Source: Candidatus Nomurabacteria bacterium
Lineage (GTDB): Bacteria; Patescibacteriota; Minisyncoccia; Phycocordibacterales; SBAW01
Length of the DNA: 64,000 nucleotides
Direction of reading: 5' to 3'
Assembly: GCA_943356415.1 (NCBI GenBank)
Contig: CALREW010000001.1
Span: forward strand, 80,528-144,527
The notes beneath the pieces are model-generated. The model did no database searches. It had not been told where the DNA came from and was given only the letters and a program-made list of their open reading frames with translations. The translations under genes were made by a program, and so were the position numbers. Below, piece after piece: positions 50,041-59,810 of this stretch. Within the stretch, counting starts at the first letter, position 1. Every line of letters begins with the position of its first letter.

Positions 50041-50169
50041 TTGCCCAGCAGCCCATCGCCCCGGTAACACCCGGGGCGATGTTCTTTTTAATGCCTAAAA
50101 ATAATTTATATTTTTTACAACATACACATCGCTACGCTAACGCCGTTGGTGTAGTGGTATACTTTTTTT

Positions 50170-51423
50170 ATGTTCTCTCTTTTTGGGAGGCGCTCGGGCA
50201 GCGCAACAAAAGTAATTGCGATTCTTGATATTGGTAGCGGCTCAGTCGCAGGCGCACTCGGTCGCCTCGATCGCAATGGCCTCCCAGAACTCCTTTTTAG
50301 TGTCCGCGAAGATTTTCCAGTGCGTATGGACCGCTCTGCGAAAGAGCTGGCCACAGACGCAGCTAAATCAACGAGAACGGTCTACGACAAGCTTCGCAAG
50401 AGTGCGGCGCTCTTTACTGCTGGCGAAAAGGTAACTCCCTTGCCAATTGAACACATTGCGGTTTTCCTCGCGGCTCCTTGGAGTAGTACTTCCATACGCA
50501 CACTCAAACTTTCTCGTACCAAGCCATTTGTTATGAGCGCCGACGTGCTGCGTCGCATGCTTTCAGACGAAGCGCGTAGTGCGGAAGCACACACCAAAGC
50601 AGCGACGCGCATTATCGAGCGGATTGCGACTGGCCTCACCTTAAACGGCTATGAGGCACGGGAAATATCAAGCGTGGCGGTACAAACGGCTGAAGTAACG
50701 CTCGCAACGACCCTCGCTCCAGAAGCCTTCATCGATCTGCTTGAAGAAACGCTCGGTGACGCCCCGCATGGTGCAGAGAGAACCTTCCACTCGTTTGCAC
50801 TACCTGCAGCTCATGCGCTTTCACTTTGGCGCCCTCAAGTACGCGACGCACTGATCATCGATGCAGGGGCGGAGGTAACCGAAATAATCGCACTCCGTAA
50901 TGGAGTTCCTGCTGCAACGGCAACGATACCCACCGGACATCATTTGTTATTGCGAACACTGAAGAGCCGTACCGGAATGGGGAAGTCTGAAGGTGTAACG
51001 ACACTGAAGCTCGCCGAAATCGACGGTACACGTCTCTCTGAAACGATGCGAGAGGCTATTGCGGAGGCAACAACCAAGTGGGCGAAAGAACTGGGCAAAG
51101 CCGTTGAATCTCTTGAGCTCGGCGGCGCCACTCCGACCGACGCATATCTCTTTGCAGACGCGCACGCGCTTTCTTGGTTTTCGGTAGCCCTTGCGAAAGC
51201 CCCGCTCTATGATGCGGCCACTTCAGCGCCTATTGCGCCGCTGGCTCTTACTGGCGCCAGCCTCTCTTCGCTCGTCACGATTCGTGGAGTGATTCCAGAC
51301 CCGTATCTTCTCGTTGAGCTCGCCTTTACAGACGCCCGCCTTGATGAAGGTAAGACGCTTTCATTCTCTCCATCGCGTGAACTAGTTCTCGGGAGAGCAC
51401 GTGCTACACTTAGCCGTACCTGA
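50170..51423 (+). CDS. FtsA/PilM-like actin-fold protein
   Basis: ILDIGSGSV phosphate-1 and IIDAGAEVT phosphate-2 motifs. Confidence 0.7.
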   Translation: MFSLFGRRSGSATKVIAILDIGSGSVAGALGRLDRNGLPELLFSVREDFPVRMDRSAKELATDAAKSTRTVYDKLRKSAALFTAGEKVTPLPIEHIAVFLAAPWSSTSIRTLKLSRTKPFVMSADVLRRMLSDEARSAEAHTKAATRIIERIATGLTLNGYEAREISSVAVQTAEVTLATTLAPEAFIDLLEETLGDAPHGAERTFHSFALPAAHALSLWRPQVRDALIIDAGAEVTEIIALRNGVPAATATIPTGHHLLLRTLKSRTGMGKSEGVTTLKLAEIDGTRLSETMREAIAEATTKWAKELGKAVESLELGGATPTDAYLFADAHALSWFSVALAKAPLYDAATSAPIAPLALTGASLSSLVTIRGVIPDPYLLVELAFTDARLDEGKTLSFSPSRELVLGRARATLSRT

Positions 51424-51433
51424 GAAAACTTGT

Positions 51434-52747
51434 ATGCAAGATGTAGTACCCCCAAACGACCGTTCCATCCGAAATATTCCACTTCCCGCACACCGCAAAC
51501 GTCATCAAACCGAAGGACCGGTTCCTTCGTCTACTCCACCACGCAGAAAAGTACCTCCGCCTCAAGAACCACGCACATACGAAGAAGTTTCTGGTGGACA
51601 GAGCTCCCGTATTATGTGGTTCCTCGCAGTCGCTCTCGTGGGCGTTCTTATCGCTGTCGGGGCCGCAATGCTCTTTGAAGGAGCTACGGTAACGGTCATG
51701 CCTCGCAAAGCAGAAGTCTCGATACCAGAAAATATGGTTGCCCGTAGCGATGCACCTTTGGGAACTCTTCCATTTACGACTGCAACCGCATCAGCCGAGG
51801 CAAGTCGAACAGTTGCAGCAACCGGAGAGCGGGACGTCGCCCGCCAATCATCAGGAGCCGTCGTTATTTCAAATACGTATAGCACCGCACCCCAGCGTCT
51901 TATCAAAAATACACGGTTCGAAGCCCCTGACGGCAAGATATACCGCATCAATGAATCCGTTGTGGTTCCTGGGGCAAAGAAAAATGCAAACGGAACCTTT
52001 ACTGCTGGTACTGTAGCGGCAACGATATTTGCTGATTCCGCAGGGCCAGATTATGACCGTGGCGTTGATACGTACACCATCCCTGGCTTTAAGGGTGACC
52101 CCCGTTACGAAAAATTTTCTGCTAAAGGAACTTCCCCGGTCTCTGGCGGTTTCATTGGTAAGGAAAAAGTGATTCCCGACGCAGACCGCAAAGCTGCTGA
52201 GGACGGTATCCGCGCCGAACTCACCGAAACGTTAGCCAAATCACTTGGGGACGCGGCTCCAACCGACCGCATGCTCATCGCAGGCAGTATTAGCTACAGC
52301 TTCGTACCGGTCGCAGATACAAGCGCTGCAGGTGCGTCAGAGGCGACTATAAAACTTAAAGGAACTGCCGTCGGTGCACTTATCAAAGAAGCAGACCTTG
52401 CGAGCGCTATTGCGAAAGTTGGCGTTCCAACGTACAACGGCGAGTCGTTACGCTTCGCCGACCGCTCTGCGGTTACTATCCGCGCAAAGGAGCCGGTTAC
52501 TAGTGATTCGACTGAACTTTCTCTTGCCGCAGAAGGCTCGGCAACGCTTATTTGGCAGTTTGACCCTGCCGCCATTCAGAAGCTTTTGGCAGGTATTTCC
52601 GAGGATTCCTTTGCCCAAACACTCCAAAGCGCCGGACCAGCGATTGCCGACGGTACTGCGAGCTTCAAACCCTTCTGGAAACACACATTCCCGAAAGATC
52701 CGGCTGATATTCGGGTAAAAGTGGGGGAACCCACAGAAGCTAAATAG
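51434..52747 (+). CDS. Conserved single-TM hypothetical protein
   Basis: MQDVVPP start, Pro-rich N-terminus, TM, QRLIKNTRF, YTIPGF. Confidence 0.75.
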   Translation: MQDVVPPNDRSIRNIPLPAHRKRHQTEGPVPSSTPPRRKVPPPQEPRTYEEVSGGQSSRIMWFLAVALVGVLIAVGAAMLFEGATVTVMPRKAEVSIPENMVARSDAPLGTLPFTTATASAEASRTVAATGERDVARQSSGAVVISNTYSTAPQRLIKNTRFEAPDGKIYRINESVVVPGAKKNANGTFTAGTVAATIFADSAGPDYDRGVDTYTIPGFKGDPRYEKFSAKGTSPVSGGFIGKEKVIPDADRKAAEDGIRAELTETLAKSLGDAAPTDRMLIAGSISYSFVPVADTSAAGASEATIKLKGTAVGALIKEADLASAIAKVGVPTYNGESLRFADRSAVTIRAKEPVTSDSTELSLAAEGSATLIWQFDPAAIQKLLAGISEDSFAQTLQSAGPAIADGTASFKPFWKHTFPKDPADIRVKVGEPTEAK

Positions 52748-52803
52748 CCGCCCAGTTGACAGCTCGTATGCCTTTTTGTATGCTCATGCTCACGCCTACG
52801 TGA

Positions 52804-53013
52804 ATGGGGAACAACGCTGAAGAAAAGCAGGGAATCGTCGAAGAGGCTCTTCCCAATACGCTATTCAGAGTTACTCTCGACTCGGGCGAGCAGATCCTTG
52901 CGTACCTTGCCGGAAAAATGCGGTTGCACCGCATCAAAGTCCTGGTAGGAGATAAGGTAACGATCCAGCTTGATCCGTACGGAGGGCGAGGGCGTATTGT
53001 GAAGCGGCTCTAA
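52804..53013 (+). CDS. infA: Translation initiation factor IF-1
   Basis: [23 protein letters not shown]; promoter TTGACA-17-TATGCT at 52756-52784. Confidence 0.96.
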   Translation: MGNNAEEKQGIVEEALPNTLFRVTLDSGEQILAYLAGKMRLHRIKVLVGDKVTIQLDPYGGRGRIVKRL

Positions 53014-53057
53014 AAAGCACCGCGAAGACGGGGCTGGGGGTTCGTTTTTCGTTTTGT

Positions 53058-53171
53058 ATGAAAGTAAAAGCATCTATTAAGAAGCGTTGTACCAAGTGCA
53101 AGCTCGTAAAACGCGAGCGTCGGCTTTTTATTATTTGCGAAAACCCTCGCCATAAACAGCGCCAAGGCTAA
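53058..53171 (+). CDS. rpmJ: 50S ribosomal protein L36 (not in ORF track)
   Basis: [37 protein letters not shown]. Confidence 0.96.
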   Translation: MKVKASIKKRCTKCKLVKRERRLFIICENPRHKQRQG

Positions 53172-53178
53172 AAAATCT

Positions 53179-53559
53179 ATGCGTATTGCCGGTATCACCA
53201 TCCCTGGAGAAAAACGTCTTGAGTTCGGACTCACCGAGCTTTATGGCATTGGCCGCTCCCGAGCTATTTCGATTTGCAAAGAAGCAAAAATTGACCACGC
53301 ACGCAAAGTTTCAGAACTATCTGCCGATGAAGAGAACAGCATCCGCCGCATTCTTGAGAGCCTCAAGCTTGAAGGAGATCTCAAGCGTGAGATTGGTGGT
53401 AACGTAAAGCGCCTCAAAGACATTGGTTCATACCGCGGAAGCCGTCACGCCAAGCGTTTGCCAGCGCGTGGTCAGCGAACCAAGACCAATTCCCGAACCG
53501 TCCGAGGCAACGTGCGCAAGACCATGGGTTCTGGACGCCGTAAGGAGTCGAAGACCTAA
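53179..53559 (+). CDS. rpsM: 30S ribosomal protein S13
   Basis: RIAGI, YGIGRS, LPARGQRTKTNSRT. Confidence 0.97.
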   Translation: MRIAGITIPGEKRLEFGLTELYGIGRSRAISICKEAKIDHARKVSELSADEENSIRRILESLKLEGDLKREIGGNVKRLKDIGSYRGSRHAKRLPARGQRTKTNSRTVRGNVRKTMGSGRRKESKT

Positions 53560-53587
53560 TTATTAGCCACACACATATCGCATTCCT

Positions 53588-54013
53588 ATGGGTAAGAAGC
53601 GGATAGTGAAAAAAGGCGGAGAGCAAGACAGTGGGTCTGCTCGTTCAGCGCGCACGCTCAAGCGAAAGCTTGAAAGCGGCATTCTTTTTGTTGAAGCAAC
53701 CTACAACAACACGAAAGTATGTTTTGCCGATGAAAAAGGCGGCGTCATCACCTGGTCTTCGAGCGGTTCGCTTGGCTTTTCAGGTGCAAAGAAAGGCACG
53801 CCGTTTGCGGCGGCAAAAGTCGGTGAACTTATCGGTGACCGCGCACTCCAGATGGGTGTACGCGACGTTTCCGTTGTTGTGACCGGCGTCGGTGCTGGCC
53901 GTGAATCCGCTATCCGCGCCTTTTCTGGCAAAGGTATCGGCATTGTATCCATCAAGGATGCAACGCCGGTTCCTCATAATGGTCCGCGCCCTAAGAAGCC
54001 GCGCCGCGTATAA
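53588..54013 (+). CDS. rpsK: 30S ribosomal protein S11
   Basis: YNNT, KGTPFAA, TPVPHNGPRP. Confidence 0.97.
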   Translation: MGKKRIVKKGGEQDSGSARSARTLKRKLESGILFVEATYNNTKVCFADEKGGVITWSSSGSLGFSGAKKGTPFAAAKVGELIGDRALQMGVRDVSVVVTGVGAGRESAIRAFSGKGIGIVSIKDATPVPHNGPRPKKPRRV

Positions 54014-54016
54014 CCT

Positions 54017-54637
54017 ATGAAAATTGGACCTAAGTACAAAATTTGTAAGCGTCTCGGCGCTCAAATCTTCGAGAAGTGCCAGACACAGAAGTTTGCACTG
54101 TCTCTTGAGAACGCTGCTCCGAAAAAGAAGGGCAAAGGCGGCATGCGCGGTGGCAGCTCCTTCGGCGTACAGCTTATTGAGAAGCAGAAAGCTCGTTTTA
54201 CCTACGGTATTTCTGAAAGCCAGTTCTTCCGCTACGTCAAAGAAGCAATGTCCCGCAAAGGCGCTGACTCTTCGAAAGAACTTGTTTCGCGCCTCGAAGC
54301 ACGCCTTGATAACGTCGTCTTCCGCATGGGCTTTGCCGCAACTCGCCGCCAAGCACGCCAGCTCGTGTCACACGGTCATATCACTGTAGACGGACACCGC
54401 TTGACGGTACCTTCTTACAAAGTAGAGAAGGGTAACGTTATCGCCATCCGAACCCAGAGCCAACAGAGCCCGGCATTTGCTGAACCGAACGAGAAAGTTG
54501 CCAGCCGCGCGCTTCCAAACTGGCTCTCGTCTGTGGAAGGCAATCCGTACGCAATACGCATCGACGGCACACCTGAGGCGCCCGACACCCAGCTTCAGTT
54601 TGACCCAGCGGTCATCATCCAGTTCTACAGCCGCTAG
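54017..54637 (+). CDS. rpsD: 30S ribosomal protein S4
   Basis: GPKYKICKRLG, LEARLDNVVFR, ARQLVSHGH. Confidence 0.97.
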   Translation: MKIGPKYKICKRLGAQIFEKCQTQKFALSLENAAPKKKGKGGMRGGSSFGVQLIEKQKARFTYGISESQFFRYVKEAMSRKGADSSKELVSRLEARLDNVVFRMGFAATRRQARQLVSHGHITVDGHRLTVPSYKVEKGNVIAIRTQSQQSPAFAEPNEKVASRALPNWLSSVEGNPYAIRIDGTPEAPDTQLQFDPAVIIQFYSR

Positions 54638-54685
54638 TTCAATTATTTTATTTCGCTATTAGTAATTACTTAGTAATAAACACGT

Positions 54686-55657
54686 ATGATGGAGTATTCG
54701 ATCACCTTGCCGTCGAAACCCCGCGTTGTCTCAGAAGACGGCGCTAGCGGCGTGTACGAAATAGATGGCCTCTACCCTGGGTATGGTCACACCCTGGGAA
54801 ACAGCCTTCGTCGTATCATTCTCTCTTCGCTCTCAGGCGCTGCAATCACTGGTGTCAAAATCGAAGGCGTTTCGCATGAATTTTCAACCATTACTGGTGT
54901 GAAAGAAGATGTAGTCACTATCCTTCTTAACCTCAAGAAGCTTCGCTTCGAGATGCTCACCCAGGAACCTCAGACCATCAACTTGAAAGTAAGCGGCCCG
55001 AAAGTAGTTACTGGCGGCGATCTCACTCTTCCTGGACAAGTTCGCTTGCTTAACCCAAAAGAAATTATCGCTGACCTCACTGACAAGAGTGCATCTCTTG
55101 AGGCTGAATTCCGCGTCGAGCGCGGTCTTGGATATGTGCCGCGCGAAGCACTGAAGAAGGATCGTGTCGAAATAGGAGAAATCACCGTTGATGCCGCATT
55201 CTCTCCGATTCGCCGCGTAAACTACGAAGTAGAGAACATGCGCGTTGGTGATCGTACGGACTTCAACCGTCTCCGCATTTCTATCGAGACTGACGGCACG
55301 CTGAGCGCACGCGAAGCACTTGAGCGTTCGATTGAAATCATGATTACCCAGCTCAAAGCGGTTATCGGCTTCCGTGAGGAGGAGGAAATTTCCGCTCCAG
55401 TATCTTCTGAAGAGGCCATCTCTGAAGAAGGTTCTCTTGGCGGCGATGAACCGTCTGCTGACATCATGAAGACGCGTATCGAGGCGCTTAATCTCTCTGC
55501 ACGCACCGTCGGCGCACTTGCCCGCGCAAACATCCGCACAGTGGGTGGCCTCGCTCGCAAGAAAGAGGATGACCTTCTTGACGTCGAAGGATTGGGACCG
55601 AAGGCTATCCAGGAGATCAAGCGCTCGCTTTCGAACTTCGGAATCACCCTTAAGTAA
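54686..55657 (+). CDS. rpoA: RNA polymerase alpha subunit
   Basis: GYGHTLGNSLRRIILSS, FSPIRRV, alpha-CTD. Confidence 0.97.
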   Translation: MMEYSITLPSKPRVVSEDGASGVYEIDGLYPGYGHTLGNSLRRIILSSLSGAAITGVKIEGVSHEFSTITGVKEDVVTILLNLKKLRFEMLTQEPQTINLKVSGPKVVTGGDLTLPGQVRLLNPKEIIADLTDKSASLEAEFRVERGLGYVPREALKKDRVEIGEITVDAAFSPIRRVNYEVENMRVGDRTDFNRLRISIETDGTLSAREALERSIEIMITQLKAVIGFREEEEISAPVSSEEAISEEGSLGGDEPSADIMKTRIEALNLSARTVGALARANIRTVGGLARKKEDDLLDVEGLGPKAIQEIKRSLSNFGITLK

Positions 55658-55662
55658 CCGAT

Positions 55663-56019
55663 ATGAAGCATCACAAAGGCAAACGAACACTCGGTCGCGA
55701 AACAGCGCAGCGCACAGCGCTTCTTCGCAGTCTTGCCCAAGCACTTGTGGTGCGTGGACGCATTACGACTACGGTCGCACGAGCAAAGGAGCTACGCCCA
55801 TTCATTGAACGCATTGTTACGCGCGCTCGCACGGGTACCGTTGCCGCACGTCGCGACGTCACGGCACGTCTCGGTGGCGACGTTCGCTCAACCACAAAGC
55901 TTTTCAAAACCATCGCGCCCAGGTATGGTGAGCGCGCTGGTGGCTACACCCGTGTTATCAAGGCCGGCCCTCGCAAAGGAGACGCGAGCCCGATGGCAAT
56001 CATCGAGTTTGTTGAGTAA
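55663..56019 (+). CDS. rplQ: 50S ribosomal protein L17
   Basis: ITTTVARAKELR, RAGGYTRVIK, GDASPMAIIEFV. Confidence 0.97.
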   Translation: MKHHKGKRTLGRETAQRTALLRSLAQALVVRGRITTTVARAKELRPFIERIVTRARTGTVAARRDVTARLGGDVRSTTKLFKTIAPRYGERAGGYTRVIKAGPRKGDASPMAIIEFVE

Positions 56020-56024
56020 GACGT

Positions 56025-56366
56025 ATGAAGACCATTGACGCAGAAAACCGAATACTTGGCCGAGTCGCTTCAGAAGCGGCCAACATCCTCCTCGGCAAGG
56101 GGTCTGTTTCCTTTGCAAAAAATGCCGTTAAAGGAGAGGAGGTAAAGATCGTGAACGCTTCAAAGATCCGCGTCTCCGGTACCAAAAATCGCAACAAGGC
56201 GTATCGTCACTACACCGGCCACCCAGGCGGTCTTCGTGAAGAGTCCTACAAAGACCTCGTTACTCGTCGCGGCCACGCTGAAGTCATCCGACTCGCAGTC
56301 CAAGGAATGATCCCGCGCAACCGTCTTCTCAACGCTCGCATGAAGCTTCTCACTATTGAAGAATAA
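56025..56366 (+). CDS. rplM: 50S ribosomal protein L13 (short)
   Basis: IDAENRILGRVAS, HYTGHPGGL, AVQGMIP. Confidence 0.95.
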   Translation: MKTIDAENRILGRVASEAANILLGKGSVSFAKNAVKGEEVKIVNASKIRVSGTKNRNKAYRHYTGHPGGLREESYKDLVTRRGHAEVIRLAVQGMIPRNRLLNARMKLLTIEE

Positions 56367-56371
56367 TTATT

Positions 56372-56770
56372 ATGGCAACTACTGAACGCTACATAGAAGC
56401 AACCGGCCGCCGAAAGACTGCTATTGCCCGTGTCCGCATCACGAAGGGCAAGTCCGACGTGGTTGTAAACGGTAAAGACATCAAGGCGTACTTCCCAGTC
56501 GAGGCACATCAGGTAATGGCACTCGAGCCGTTCATCAAAGTGCCACTTCCGGCAACCTTTGGTGTTACGGTCCGCGTCAGTGGTGGAGGTACCGCTTCGC
56601 AGGCAGGTGCCATGCGCCACGCCATCTCTCGCGCTCTTATCGATTTTGATATTACGCTTCGCGGTGAACTCAAGAGTCGCGGCTTCCTCAAGCGTGACCC
56701 TCGTGCGAAGGAGCGCAAGAAGCCAGGATTGGTCAAGGCTCGCAAGCGCAAGCAGTGGAGCAAGCGTTAG
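56372..56770 (+). CDS. rpsI: 30S ribosomal protein S9
   Basis: GRRKTAIARV, GGGTASQAGA, ERKKPGL..QWSKR. Confidence 0.97.
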   Translation: MATTERYIEATGRRKTAIARVRITKGKSDVVVNGKDIKAYFPVEAHQVMALEPFIKVPLPATFGVTVRVSGGGTASQAGAMRHAISRALIDFDITLRGELKSRGFLKRDPRAKERKKPGLVKARKRKQWSKR

Positions 56771-56805
56771 CTTACGGAACCCTGAGCTTGTCGAAGGGTG
56801 GTCCG

Positions 56806-56834
56806 GAAAAAGCCAGTCTCTCGACTGGCTTTTT
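56806..56834 (+). terminator. Intrinsic terminator of r-protein operon
   Basis: GAAAAAGCCAGTC-tctc-GACTGGCTTTTTC. Confidence 0.8.
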
Positions 56835-57060
56835 CGTTCTTCACCCCGCGTCGCGCATCTGTACCGTCGCCTAAGTTTAAGAAGGACCTTTTAAAAAGAA
56901 ATGCTCAAAATAAAACGACAAAAAACGTTCATTTTTTATTGCAACAGAGAAATTGACAAGTAGCTATTTTTATCCTAAAGTGGCTCTGGATAAGGGTTTC
57001 TGAGCTCGCTCTTTGAGACTCTGCTATCCGGTCTAACCGACAAGAAGAGAGGTAAGTCCG

Positions 57061-59094
57061 ATGTTTTGGGTAGTTCTCCTCGCGGCCTCGCTGATCGCGG
57101 GGGCTGTGTTCCGCTGGAAGCGGCGCAGCGTCCCGATCCTTCAGCAAGTGCCGTCCCTCCCGGTCTACGCGGTGCTGAGCGTCGTCGCTCTGTTCTCCGT
57201 GTTCCAGACCTCAACCGTGAACCCGGGCGGAAGCCAGTTCGCGCAGTTCGTCCGCATCTACTTCTGCAAGGAGATCACAGACGGACGCAACGTGGCCTTG
57301 CCGGGCGAATGCGGCCGTCAGGCCGAGATCGTCATGCCGGGCTTCCAGTTCTCGTTCTTGGTGAACGTCCTCAATGACGTCACCTATCACGAGATGTTGG
57401 ACGTCGCCGACGGCCATTACGCGCTGCTCAATGCGCGTGACGGTCTGAAGATGGACGAAGGCCAGGTCGCAGCCAAACCGTGGGCTCTCGGGATCATCAC
57501 CATGATGACCAAGGCTGCCGACGGCAAGCTCATCCCGTTGACGACCAAGGGATCCGACGGCAAGGATATCGAGGTGAAGGGCAACATGCTCGACGCCACG
57601 TTCTTCCTCACCAAGGGCCAAGGCCGCAAGGGTCCGCAGACGACCGTGCTGCCTCCTGGCCGGTACGCGCTGAACAACTTCCTGTGGGATGTGACCGTCG
57701 ACCAGGCGGTCGAGTCCACCGACAAGAAGAAGACGCTCACCAGCAAGTACGTCCGACGCACCATCCAGCCGGGCCACGTAGGCGTGATCAAGTCGGCAAT
57801 CGACAGCGACGTCGTGCCGGCCTTCATGCCTGATGCCGGCAAGTCGATCGACTGCGGCGCACACGTCGCCGAGGAGAAGACCCTCGGCCAGATCAAGGCG
57901 GTGCTCGTTCCGGTGGGCTGCCGCGGCGTCTGGAAGGATACCCTCCATCCCGGCGACTACTTCATCAACGAGCGCGTCTACCAGGTCACCGAGGTCGACA
58001 CGCGTGTGCAGAACTGGACCTTCCAGGGCGGCTACAAGCGCCGCTACATCAACCTCTCGATCAGCGACAACGGCCAGATCACCCAACAAGTGGTCCTGGA
58101 CGACGTCGATCTGCCTCTCGGCGGTGCCGGTGGCGCGATCGCGGTGAAGGTCGAGGGCTGGACGGTCTACCAGGACGTCCGCTTGCAGGCACGCGCCTTG
58201 CCGGAGTACGCCGCGCTGGTCGTGGCGGCCGTCGGCGGGCTGAAGGAGGTCGAGGACCGCATCATCGTTCCGCAGGTCAGCTCCGTCCTGCGTGACGTTG
58301 GCGGTTCGCGCATCTCGGTCTCGAATACGGCCGCCTACGAGGAGGCCAAGTCCGAGCTCGACGCGCTGAAGGCCCGGTTGGAGATCCTCAAGGACTCCAA
58401 TACGGAAGTCGGTCTCTCCGCCGAGCAGCGGGCCGTTGAGGTCGCCCAGCTCGAACGGCAGATCGCCGGCATCCGTCTTCCGGACCCGAACACGACAGTC
58501 ACACGCCCCACGCGTGTGCTGGACTTCCAGAACGAGCGCGCTGCCCTGCAGAAGCTCGTGGCTGCGGACATCCAGCTCATCGGCAAGGGCGCTGGCATCG
58601 AAATTGTGAACGTCACCTTCGGCAACGCCGACATTCCGGCGGAACTCCTGGTGTCACGCAAGATCGAGCAGCTCTCGGGCCAGATGCGCAACGCCTACCT
58701 GCAGCAGCGGGTGGCCCAGGTCCAGCGTCAGGCGACGGAGTCCGCCAGGGCTCGCGCCGACCAGCAGAAGGATCTGGTCACCGCTGCGGTCAAGGTCGAG
58801 ACGTCCAAGCTCGGCATCGAAAGCCGAACCAACGACGGCAAGGCCGAGCAAGCGTATCTCGAGGCGCTCGCCAAGGGTCAGTTGGCCCAGGCGAACGTGC
58901 TCGGTCCTGACCGTGTGCTGATGTTCAACCTCGTCCAGGAAGTCCTGAAGCATCCGGACGCCATCGGCGCCCTGAAGCTTCCCTCCACCTTGACCCTCGG
59001 GCAGGGCGGCGGGCTGACGGACATGGCGACGATCCTTGGCGCAACGAAGCTCTTCGGCGGACCAGCTACGGCCGCGCCTCCGACGACGCGTTGA
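57061..59094 (+). CDS. SPFH/band-7 (flotillin-like) membrane protein
   Basis: N-terminal TMs, repeated PG.Y units (LPPGRY, LHPGDY), V..LRDV..., coiled-coil AEQ..GLA tail; promoter TTGACA-17-TAAAGT at 56953-56981; terminator 59135-59164. Confidence 0.75.
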   Translation: MFWVVLLAASLIAGAVFRWKRRSVPILQQVPSLPVYAVLSVVALFSVFQTSTVNPGGSQFAQFVRIYFCKEITDGRNVALPGECGRQAEIVMPGFQFSFLVNVLNDVTYHEMLDVADGHYALLNARDGLKMDEGQVAAKPWALGIITMMTKAADGKLIPLTTKGSDGKDIEVKGNMLDATFFLTKGQGRKGPQTTVLPPGRYALNNFLWDVTVDQAVESTDKKKTLTSKYVRRTIQPGHVGVIKSAIDSDVVPAFMPDAGKSIDCGAHVAEEKTLGQIKAVLVPVGCRGVWKDTLHPGDYFINERVYQVTEVDTRVQNWTFQGGYKRRYINLSISDNGQITQQVVLDDVDLPLGGAGGAIAVKVEGWTVYQDVRLQARALPEYAALVVAAVGGLKEVEDRIIVPQVSSVLRDVGGSRISVSNTAAYEEAKSELDALKARLEILKDSNTEVGLSAEQRAVEVAQLERQIAGIRLPDPNTTVTRPTRVLDFQNERAALQKLVAADIQLIGKGAGIEIVNVTFGNADIPAELLVSRKIEQLSGQMRNAYLQQRVAQVQRQATESARARADQQKDLVTAAVKVETSKLGIESRTNDGKAEQAYLEALAKGQLAQANVLGPDRVLMFNLVQEVLKHPDAIGALKLPSTLTLGQGGGLTDMATILGATKLFGGPATAAPPTTR

Positions 59095-59223
59095 AGCTTC
59101 CGCGAGGCCAAACGGCCTCGCGCACCATCGACGGAAAGGGCGGCGTTTCGGCGCCGTCCTTTTTGTTTTCTTTAACTGGTAAAAATTTGACTGAGGTGTT
59201 TTTTTCCGGCATACTGCGTGTCT

Positions 59224-59742
59224 ATGGAGGGCGAAAACGGGGAGGATATTGTCCTCGAGGAAGAAGATTCCTCAGAGGGAGCAGAGGCAGTGGGGAAGCT
59301 TCGTGCGCGTCTGAAAAAAGCCGTTGCCGACAAGCAGGAATACCTCGACGGATGGCAGCGTGCTCGTGCTGATTTCCAAAATGAGCGCAAACAAGCAGGA
59401 GAACGTCTTGCTGCGGCGCGCGAAGAAGCACACGCAGAAGCAGCTGAGAAAATCATCCCGCTCGTCGATGCATTCGACCTTGCATTCGCATCGCCTTCTT
59501 GGAAGGAACTAGACGCTAACTTCCGCACCGGCATTGAGCGGCTCCGCGAAGAGACCCTTAAGGCACTGCGCGAACTTGGGGTCGAAGCGTTCAGTCCTAT
59601 GGGAGAAGAATTCGATCCCGCCTCGATGAGTGCCGTTCGTGAAGTTGAAGGACCTGCGCATACCGTCATGTCAGTCGAGCGGCAGGGGTTTAAGGTAGGT
59701 GGGCGAATTATCAGACCGGCATACGTCGGAGTAGGTAAATAA
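59224..59742 (+). CDS. grpE: Nucleotide exchange factor GrpE
   Basis: [32 protein letters not shown]; promoter TTGACT-17-CATACT at 59187-59215. Confidence 0.95.
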   Translation: MEGENGEDIVLEEEDSSEGAEAVGKLRARLKKAVADKQEYLDGWQRARADFQNERKQAGERLAAAREEAHAEAAEKIIPLVDAFDLAFASPSWKELDANFRTGIERLREETLKALRELGVEAFSPMGEEFDPASMSAVREVEGPAHTVMSVERQGFKVGGRIIRPAYVGVGK

Positions 59743-59810
59743 CCTTTTGGTTTCGTGCTCCTGTTCTGGACAGTCTCCAGACTAGAAGCGATAAGCTAAA
59801 CAAAAAAATT

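Noticed and set aside
54884-58089. Long antisense ORFs (54884-55744, 57211-58089; likewise 49510-50070)
   Set aside because: They are shadows of strongly codon-biased sense genes.
59165-59223. CIRCE/hrcA control of grpE-dnaK-dnaJ
   Set aside because: No TTAGCACTC-N9-GAGTGCTAA and no hrcA in the window.
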